A stretch of DNA of 64,000 nucleotides from a virus (taxonomy: Duplodnaviria; Caudoviricetes), in the IMG/VR virus record IMGVR_UViG_3300030376_006003, positions 32,001 to 96,000 of that record; one strand, given 5' to 3'. The translations under genes and the position numbers were made by a program. Below, piece after piece: positions 57,757 through 64,000 of the stretch (positions within the stretch are counted from its first letter, which is position 1; each line of letters starts with the position of its first letter). The notes below the pieces were generated by a model that made no database searches, was not told where the DNA came from, and saw only the letters and a list, made by a program, of their open reading frames with translations.

Positions 57757-58139
57757 CAGATTATAATGAAGACTTTCCTTTAATTGATGATCCTAAAACA
57801 CCAAAGGTTATTAAACCTATGACTGTTTTACATGATAAATTAGTTAAAGGATACAGAGATGAGAGAGATCTCAGAGTAGATAAACTTATTGTTAATATGC
57901 AGAAAAGTATATCTAAACAAATATCAGAATTAGTAGAAATAGAAGACGTACATCGTCATAGCATGTTAGTTCTAGTTCAATGTTTACAGCATCTTCGTGA
58001 TGTTGTTGATCATAAGAAGAGCACAAATGATACGCTTGAGTTTATTAATAAGCAGTGTGATGAACTAGTTAAACTATCAGGTAAGCAAACAAATGACGGT
58101 GGTATTGATTGGGATAACATAACCTTGGCAAGATCATGA
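57753..58139 (+). CDS. Hypothetical protein
   Basis: ATGA overlaps on both sides. Confidence 0.65.
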   Translation: MTDYNEDFPLIDDPKTPKVIKPMTVLHDKLVKGYRDERDLRVDKLIVNMQKSISKQISELVEIEDVHRHSMLVLVQCLQHLRDVVDHKKSTNDTLEFINKQCDELVKLSGKQTNDGGIDWDNITLARS

Positions 58140-58591
58140 GTGTCAAGGTTAGCATGAAGGTAGTTAGATCTATTATAGGTGGGCATATTAATGAATCAAT
58201 TAATAAGCCTGCAATAATAGATTGTCTTGTTAAAACTTTTGATTCACATGCATTAGAGATGTTAGTAGACATATGTGTATCAGAAGAAGAGTATCAGCCA
58301 TTTAATATCAATGATGTAGTTATGTTTCAGCATGTATGGAATATAAATCATCTTGATCATGGTTTGACTGATGGTATTGACAGCAGGTATGGTATTATTA
58401 TAGGATCAGATAACTATGGTGATGAATTTAATCCTTATTATTATAAAATGAACATGCAAATGTTTGATTTGAATGAAGATAATGAGCTTATAATTACTCC
58501 AATAGACAAGTATTCTAATGAGATTACACGTGTTATACCTGAAAAAGCAAAGGATTTACTTCAAATGTATACATCTATAAAGCAAGCATAG
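58136..58591 (+). CDS. Hypothetical protein
   Basis: Translationally coupled ORF. Confidence 0.65.
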   Translation: MSVKVSMKVVRSIIGGHINESINKPAIIDCLVKTFDSHALEMLVDICVSEEEYQPFNINDVVMFQHVWNINHLDHGLTDGIDSRYGIIIGSDNYGDEFNPYYYKMNMQMFDLNEDNELIITPIDKYSNEITRVIPEKAKDLLQMYTSIKQA

Positions 58592-58697
58592 CTATATATC
58601 TGCTATTTATTTTGACTCAGTTCAATTAATATTAAGAAATTAGCTATTAAATAAATATAATATTATTTAATTTTGTGGTTTAAACACACAGAATAAT

Positions 58698-58955
58698 ATG
58701 TTATATCAATTAGCTAGCGGAAGAACAATAGAAATATCTATGGAGCAGTATTTAGATATGACTGATGAAGAACTACAGGACTTAGAATGTCTTGGTAATG
58801 CTAACACAATGGAGATTAATAATCCATGGCATGGTAAGTATAGTAAAGGAGATCGTGTTCATTATAAAGAATTAAATGATGAACATAATCTAATAGATTT
58901 ACCTACTGAAGTCAAGTTAGCAGACAAATACTTCCAGAATAATGATGATGAGTAG
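58698..58955 (+). CDS. Hypothetical acidic protein (85 aa)
   Basis: MLYQLASGRTIEISMEQYLDMTDEELQ; A-rich leader. Confidence 0.65.
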   Translation: MLYQLASGRTIEISMEQYLDMTDEELQDLECLGNANTMEINNPWHGKYSKGDRVHYKELNDEHNLIDLPTEVKLADKYFQNNDDE

Positions 58956-58979
58956 ATAACTACTCACAATTTACTTAAG

Positions 58980-59042
58980 ATAAGACTTACTTATAGAGAT
59001 TAGGTTGTTATATACCTTTGCCACTCTATAGGTAGGTCTTAT
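58980..59042 (+). other. Long intergenic RNA hairpin (19-bp stem with two G-U pairs)
   Basis: ATAAGACTTACTTATAGAG ... CTCTATAGGTAGGTCTTAT. Confidence 0.65.
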
Positions 59043-59071
59043 TATTTTATTAACCCTTTATTAAATAAGAA

Positions 59072-59830
59072 ATGAATAAAGAAAACACTAAAGTTACAAT
59101 TGTACCTAATAAGATGGGTGCTAAGATTAGAGTCTCAGCTAATAATGCTGAATATGCTCATGTGCTATTAAAGCAAGAAAAAACTATTATAAGTACAACA
59201 GGTTGGGTAAAGCCATCAAGAGTACATGCATTATTACATGGTAAACTAGAAGATATACAGAATATAGGCATTGCTGACACAGATACATTACCTGGACAAA
59301 TAGTTGTTAAAGAATCATTAACTCCATTTAATACTAATAATCCTGAAAGAGATTATAAATATGCAGGTACTACTGGTATAGTATGTTGTAAGCATGGTGA
59401 ACCAATATATAGACAATGCTTTTATGATCCTACAATGCTTGAGACAGATGAATTAATATCTCATACTAATGGTGATGATATTAGAATAGCTAATACATCT
59501 GATGAGGATACTAAGATGGCATTGAAAGCAGAGCAATCATTCCTTAAAGAATATTTTCCTGGTGATCAAGTAGACTTAGAAGATTCTATTGCTGAGGTTG
59601 AAGCTGAGGCTGAAGCTGAAGAGGATACTGTTGAGGATAATATAGATGCTTTACAAGATGCTCAAGATAAACAGCTTGAGGATTTAGATAATACTGAGGA
59701 AGAGGAAGATGAAACACCAAGAGAGTATGAGGAAGAGAATACTATAGGTGCTAGCAATCCTTTTGATGAAGTAGAGGATGAAGAGTTAGTTGAAGTAGAA
59801 GAAGAAGATGATACTACATTTGATTTATAA
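59072..59830 (+). CDS. Putative single-stranded DNA-binding protein
   Basis: Beta-rich N-terminal domain plus a very long acidic tail ending in DDTTFDL, the usual SSB architecture. Confidence 0.5.
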   Translation: MNKENTKVTIVPNKMGAKIRVSANNAEYAHVLLKQEKTIISTTGWVKPSRVHALLHGKLEDIQNIGIADTDTLPGQIVVKESLTPFNTNNPERDYKYAGTTGIVCCKHGEPIYRQCFYDPTMLETDELISHTNGDDIRIANTSDEDTKMALKAEQSFLKEYFPGDQVDLEDSIAEVEAEAEAEEDTVEDNIDALQDAQDKQLEDLDNTEEEEDETPREYEEENTIGASNPFDEVEDEELVEVEEEDDTTFDL

Positions 59831-59842
59831 TTAGATGTATAT

Positions 59843-59887
59843 AAGTGGAGAGTGGTTGGCCGTCATAACCTGACCACTCTCCCACTT
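59843..59887 (+). terminator. Strong hairpin (terminator or processing site)
   Basis: AAGTGGAGAGTGGTT ... GACCACTCTCCCACTT with one bulge; weak U tail. Confidence 0.55.
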
Positions 59888-59935
59888 GTCGTTAAGAGTA
59901 ATTAATTAAGTAATAAATAAATTAAAATTAAAAAG

Positions 59936-60439
59936 ATGGAAATTACACACACACAGTTAAAGAAGTTAAAACAACAAAGAGAAATAAATAGATATAAATA
60001 CTTAGGTATGTTATCTGATTATCAAACAGTTAAGAATAAACTAGTACAAGATATAGTTTATACACAATTAAACACACAACAAATATTCTTATTTAAAAGA
60101 GTATTACATGGATTAAATGCTTATAAATCTGATGAACTAGTAGGTATGCATTGGGATAAGAAGAGAAGAGTGAAGAAAGTATGGAGAAAAGCCCAAAGAG
60201 TTATAAATAGATTCAAGCAGACTATAGCTAACAAAAGATCTAATGAGATCTTATCAATGTTTGATCATAGTCCATTAGCAAAGAACATCATGAGTGTTCC
60301 TGTTGAGGAGGTAGATGATCAATTCATTAACAAAATGACTCTTAAAGAGTTAGGTATTAAGTATGAGGATCTAATCATAAAGTTTTATAGTGAAGGATTG
60401 TTGCCTAGAAATTATTTTCAATTAAAAGAAAATGTTTAA
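59936..60439 (+). CDS. Hypothetical basic protein (167 aa)
   Basis: ORF with an A-rich leader; ends TLKELGI...EGLLPRNYF. Confidence 0.65.
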   Translation: MEITHTQLKKLKQQREINRYKYLGMLSDYQTVKNKLVQDIVYTQLNTQQIFLFKRVLHGLNAYKSDELVGMHWDKKRRVKKVWRKAQRVINRFKQTIANKRSNEILSMFDHSPLAKNIMSVPVEEVDDQFINKMTLKELGIKYEDLIIKFYSEGLLPRNYFQLKENV

Positions 60440-60506
60440 TTTAGCAATTATAATACTATGGATCTTAGTGTTAGTAACATTAGGATGGTATAGATCAAAA
60501 CAATAA
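60432..60506 (+). CDS. Putative 24-aa membrane micropeptide
   Basis: MFNLAIIILWILVLVTLGWYRSKQ fills the gap between flanking genes. Confidence 0.45.
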   Translation: MFNLAIIILWILVLVTLGWYRSKQ

Positions 60507-60509
60507 CAT

Positions 60510-60926
60510 ATGAAAGCTAAACGCAAACTGTGTGTTGGCTGTGGTAAAGAGCAGTTCATCTGGAAGAGTGAAGGTAGGTATAAGTATTGTAAGTCTTGTT
60601 GGCTAACTAAGGTCCCAACAAAACCACTCAAACGTACACCAATCAAACCATCTCAAAAACCAATGAAGAAGAAGTCATCTAAGATGTCTGCTCTTGACAC
60701 AGTTTATACAGCACTAAGAAAAGTATACTTAGAGAAGTATCCATTGTGTAATGCTAAACTACCAGGTTGTTCACTATCATCAGCCGACATACACCATAAG
60801 AAAGGTCGTGGTAAATACCATAATGATCCAACTACATGGTTATCAGTATGCAGAACATGTCATACATGGATAGAAGAACATCCAAAAGAAGCTATAGAAC
60901 TAGGATTTTCAGAAAAAAGAGATTAA
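60510..60926 (+). CDS. HNH endonuclease-family protein with an N-terminal Zn finger
   Basis: CVGC..CKSC, then C....GC...DIHHKKGR...VCRTCHTWIEEH. Confidence 0.75.
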   Translation: MKAKRKLCVGCGKEQFIWKSEGRYKYCKSCWLTKVPTKPLKRTPIKPSQKPMKKKSSKMSALDTVYTALRKVYLEKYPLCNAKLPGCSLSSADIHHKKGRGKYHNDPTTWLSVCRTCHTWIEEHPKEAIELGFSEKRD

Positions 60927-60927
60927 T

Positions 60928-61779
60928 ATGAATAAAATAGTAAATACAGGTAAAGTATATAAGTTTGATGAAGAGGGTTATATAATAAATCAAGCTAAAG
61001 TGTCAAAAATACAAGATAAATGGTTAGACGCATTAAATAGTATAATTGATATATACAATAACCATGATTTCTTTACAGATAATATTCATAGTATATATGT
61101 TAGAGGTTCAGCAGCTGTTGGTCAAGCTTATGATAATATATCTGATTTAGATATAATAATTATTCTTAAAGGTCGTGTTAAAAGATCTAAAGGTCAATTA
61201 GATATACTATTACAAGCAAAAGCAATGGATTTTTTTGATTCATTAGAGAAGTATAGGAAGGATAATTATCCTTTTATAACTAAAATAGATAATGGACCTG
61301 CTATATATCTTAATAAACTTTTAAGTAGTGATGATCATTTATATGTTTTATATAGATTTTATATTAAATATACAGCTACACATGTTTATGGTGAAAATAT
61401 ACATGACTCTTTACCAGCAGTACCTAAACATAAAGTACCTATGTATCATCCTGCATTACCTTTACATTTAGGTCATATTGATGCTCAACCTGTTGATATA
61501 AGAATACATGGTAATCTTATGCAGTATACAGCAAGGAGAATAATAAGATCTTCATTTGAGTTAACATATAATAGATCAAATGTATGGACTAGATGTTTAG
61601 TTCCTTGTTATGATATATTTAGTGAATATTATCCTGATAAAAAAGAGGAAATGAGAAATGTATTAGAAATAGCAATCTTTGGTATGAAAGATAAGACTAG
61701 AGATGATTATAATAAAATGATGGAAGTGGGTAAATGGTTAATAAAACAAATAGAACAAGACTATGACAGAAAAGAATAA
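60928..61779 (+). CDS. Pol-beta superfamily nucleotidyltransferase with a helical C-terminal domain
   Basis: SIYVRGSAAVG.....SDLDIII matches the hG[GS]x9-13DhD motif; third Asp in ITKID. Confidence 0.8.
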   Translation: MNKIVNTGKVYKFDEEGYIINQAKVSKIQDKWLDALNSIIDIYNNHDFFTDNIHSIYVRGSAAVGQAYDNISDLDIIIILKGRVKRSKGQLDILLQAKAMDFFDSLEKYRKDNYPFITKIDNGPAIYLNKLLSSDDHLYVLYRFYIKYTATHVYGENIHDSLPAVPKHKVPMYHPALPLHLGHIDAQPVDIRIHGNLMQYTARRIIRSSFELTYNRSNVWTRCLVPCYDIFSEYYPDKKEEMRNVLEIAIFGMKDKTRDDYNKMMEVGKWLIKQIEQDYDRKE

Positions 61780-61963
61780 AGCATTAGAAATAGCTAGAAA
61801 TTTAAATAGAACACTTAGTAATTTAATAGAAACAGTTGGTAGAGGAGACAGCGCATTAAGAGATAATGCTATATGGGCTCAAACTAAACCATCAAAAGCA
61901 ATATTAAAAGAAAAGTTAAATAAAATATGTAAGAAGCATAATATTAAAGAAGAAGAATTATAA
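61763..61963 (+). CDS. Hypothetical protein
   Basis: Coupled small ORF. Confidence 0.55.
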   Translation: MTEKNKALEIARNLNRTLSNLIETVGRGDSALRDNAIWAQTKPSKAILKEKLNKICKKHNIKEEEL

Positions 61964-62280
61964 TGGAAATACCTAAACACATATTAGATAAATTAAAGCT
62001 CCGTAAGGAGGAAGATATACAGACAGAAGCTGAAGAGTTAGAACAACTCAGAGCTGAAGAGAATACCAAGAAGTTCGTAACATCACTAGAAGTAGTAGAT
62101 AAGATTGGTAAAGAGATAGGAGAAATGAGAAAATGGGAATCATATTGTAGTGATCCTAAGTTTTACAATCCTTTCCCTATAGATATATTGTCATGTAATA
62201 AAGAGCAGCTGTTACAATTGCTTATACATGCATATGGTACTGCTAAACATCTAAAAGATAAGTTAGATGGGAAGAAATGA
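61963..62280 (+). CDS. Hypothetical protein
   Basis: TAATG-coupled ORF. Confidence 0.6.
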   Translation: MEIPKHILDKLKLRKEEDIQTEAEELEQLRAEENTKKFVTSLEVVDKIGKEIGEMRKWESYCSDPKFYNPFPIDILSCNKEQLLQLLIHAYGTAKHLKDKLDGKK

Positions 62281-63364
62281 AGTACAAGAGAAAGCATTAG
62301 AGATTGCTATTAGTAATAATAGATGTGGATTAGGTATATCAATGGGTGTTGGTAAAACCAGAGTAGGTTTACAACATATGATAAAGAACTATAATCCATT
62401 ATCTAGTTACTTAGTAGTAGCACCTAAGAAATCTATATTTAATTCATGGAATCAGGAGATGGTTAAGACTGAGACTGAGGATATGCGTAAACATATTACG
62501 TATACTACCTATCTCAGCCTTAATAAGCATAATCCTAATGACTATGATATAGTATACTTAGATGAATGCCATAGTTTATTATTAAGTCATGAAGAATTCT
62601 TGGCTCCTTTTAAAGGTAAGATCCTTGGTTTAACAGGGACACCACCTAAAAGAAGAGGGTCAGATAAATACTTTATGGTTAATAAGTATTGTCCTATGAA
62701 ATATAAGTTCAGTGTAGATGATGCCTCTGATAATAAGATACTTAATCAGTATCAGATTATTATACATCATTTACAGCTGTCTAAAGTATCCAATTTAAAG
62801 AAGAGTACTAAAGATGGTAGGACATGGTATACTAGTGAACAGAAAGATTATGAATATACATGTGGTAGAGTCAATGAGTCTGCTACACATAAACAAAGAC
62901 AGTTCAATAGTATAATGAGAATGAGATCTATGATGGATTACACCACTAAAGAAGCCTATGCTAAAGGAATGCTTAAGCATATGGGTGAAAAGTGTATTAT
63001 ATTTGCTAACACACAGAAACAAGCAGATAGAATATGTAGTCATAGTTATCATTCAGGTAATAAAAACTCAGAAGATAACCTAGAGTTATTTAGTGATGGT
63101 AGAATTGATAAATTATCATGTGTATTACAATTGAGCGAAGGTGTTAGTATACCTGGACTTAAGCAAGGTATTATCTTGCATGCATATGGTAACAATAGAA
63201 AATCATCACAACGTATAGGTAGACTGCTACGCCTTAATCCAACAGAGACTGCAACATGTCATATCTTATGTTATAAAGATACTGTTGATGAAGGATGGGT
63301 CAAGTCAGCATTACAAGAGTTTGATCAAAATAAAATTAAATATTATAACCCTTTAGATAATTAA
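62267..63364 (+). CDS. Superfamily 2 (DExH) helicase
   Basis: MGVGKT, VVAP, DECH, LTGT, IIFA, LSEGVSIP and QRIGRLLR motifs. Confidence 0.92.
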   Translation: MGRNEVQEKALEIAISNNRCGLGISMGVGKTRVGLQHMIKNYNPLSSYLVVAPKKSIFNSWNQEMVKTETEDMRKHITYTTYLSLNKHNPNDYDIVYLDECHSLLLSHEEFLAPFKGKILGLTGTPPKRRGSDKYFMVNKYCPMKYKFSVDDASDNKILNQYQIIIHHLQLSKVSNLKKSTKDGRTWYTSEQKDYEYTCGRVNESATHKQRQFNSIMRMRSMMDYTTKEAYAKGMLKHMGEKCIIFANTQKQADRICSHSYHSGNKNSEDNLELFSDGRIDKLSCVLQLSEGVSIPGLKQGIILHAYGNNRKSSQRIGRLLRLNPTETATCHILCYKDTVDEGWVKSALQEFDQNKIKYYNPLDN

Positions 63365-63366
63365 AT

Positions 63367-63549
63367 ATGGAAAATAAAAAGAAAATATTTTTTACAATAA
63401 TATGTATATATCTTCTTGCTGTAACAACAGCAGTTGCATTCCTTGTATTCTTAGTTACAGGAGAATTCATGAGAGCAGCTGTAGTATTACTTATTGAGTT
63501 AGCTTTATTATATATAGGTAAAACATTAAGAAGACAATGGTTTTTATAA
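63367..63549 (+). CDS. Small membrane protein with two TM helices
   Basis: Two hydrophobic stretches with basic ends. Confidence 0.55.
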   Translation: MENKKKIFFTIICIYLLAVTTAVAFLVFLVTGEFMRAAVVLLIELALLYIGKTLRRQWFL

Positions 63550-63621
63550 CAATAATAACAGGAATATTAGCATGCTGGGCATCTATATATTCACATTCAT
63601 ATTCAAAAATAAAATATAATT

Positions 63622-63840
63622 ATGGGAAAGATGAAAGAAATATACATGGAAATGTTACAAAAAGAAATGGACAATGTTCAACTTCACGTACCTCTTCAAA
63701 AAGAGCCTACGCAGATAGACATACTGTGTCCAAACTGCATGAAGAAAAAGCTAATGTTTCATACTATAACTGATATAAACTGCACTAATTGTGGACATGA
63801 TTTTGTTCTTGTTGATGCTCAAACAGTTAGATTCAAATGA
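63622..63840 (+). CDS. Zn-ribbon protein
   Basis: CPNC...CTNCGHDF. Confidence 0.65.
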   Translation: MGKMKEIYMEMLQKEMDNVQLHVPLQKEPTQIDILCPNCMKKKLMFHTITDINCTNCGHDFVLVDAQTVRFK

Positions 63841-63947
63841 GCATAATAGCAAACATAGCAGTGCATGCTGCAGGATTAATTATATCAATTATTATTATAT
63901 GTATAATACATGATGTATTTTATATAATAAAAAATAAAGATAAATGA
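63837..63947 (+). CDS. Putative 36-aa membrane micropeptide
   Basis: MSIIANIAVHAAGLIISIIIICIIHDVFYIIKNKDK, with ATGA overlaps at both ends. Confidence 0.5.
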   Translation: MSIIANIAVHAAGLIISIIIICIIHDVFYIIKNKDK

Positions 63948-64000
63948 AAAGGATTGCAATAGTTGGTGCTGGTAATGCTGGTTGTATAACCGCATTAGAA
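63944..64000 (+). CDS. FAD-dependent oxidoreductase, possibly tryptophan-halogenase-like (5' fragment)
   Basis: MKRIAIVGAGNAGCITALE contains the Rossmann GxGxxG; truncated by the window. Confidence 0.55.
   Translation, partial: MKRIAIVGAGNAGCITALE

Noticed and set aside
55700-60000. tRNA genes in intergenic gaps
   Set aside because: No cloverleaf or GTTCRA T-loop pattern was recognised by eye; a tRNAscan run would be needed to exclude them fully.
58069-63052. Minus-strand ORFs 58069, 60422 and 62795
   Set aside because: They are antisense to well-supported plus-strand genes.
63537-63773. 78-aa ORF overlapping the Zn-ribbon gene
   Set aside because: Most of it overlaps 63622..63840 in another frame. 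Only the hydrophobic first ~28 codons might be real, which is not enough support.
1-64000. Stop-codon reassignment (TAG or TGA), known in some crAss-like phages
   Set aside because: Standard code gives long, tightly packed ORFs; TAG ends genes such as 37550, 40755 and 58591, and TGA ends others at ATGA overlaps.

Overview
AT-rich (roughly 30% GC by eye) 64-kb segment of a crAss-like (Crassvirales-type) podophage, probably infecting an aquatic Bacteroidota host. Positions 1-55.7 kb are a minus-strand late/virion module. In transcription order it holds an orphan cargo-like gene, PhoH, an HU/IHF-like protein, a PD-(D/E)XK nuclease, terminase, portal, scaffold-like protein, major capsid protein, ring and auxiliary capsid proteins, Cys-rich surface proteins, a metallophosphoesterase, a second IHF-like gene, two ring proteins, a 2553-aa muzzle/tail-stabilisation protein, four large cargo-like proteins and the 5' part of a giant ORF that runs off the window. 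After a GC-rich divergent junction at about 55.8 kb, the plus strand carries small early/middle genes, an SSB-like protein, an HNH nuclease, a nucleotidyltransferase, an SF2 helicase and the start of a flavin-dependent enzyme. The most striking unexplained feature is a short, often bipartite di-glycine-type motif (for example AKYGKELPRFQDTGE, MKWGGQLPTMNDGG, YKKGGSV). It occurs about 23 times in five proteins and sits at the boundaries of swappable modules (GNAT, LysM plus lysozyme-like), suggesting a polyprotein-processing or head-targeting system for injected effectors. Other notable items are vWA and host-like Cys-rich repeats grafted onto virion proteins, two promoter classes, and an iteron-like structured intergenic region. 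All functional calls come from motif recognition and gene order only; no database searches were run.
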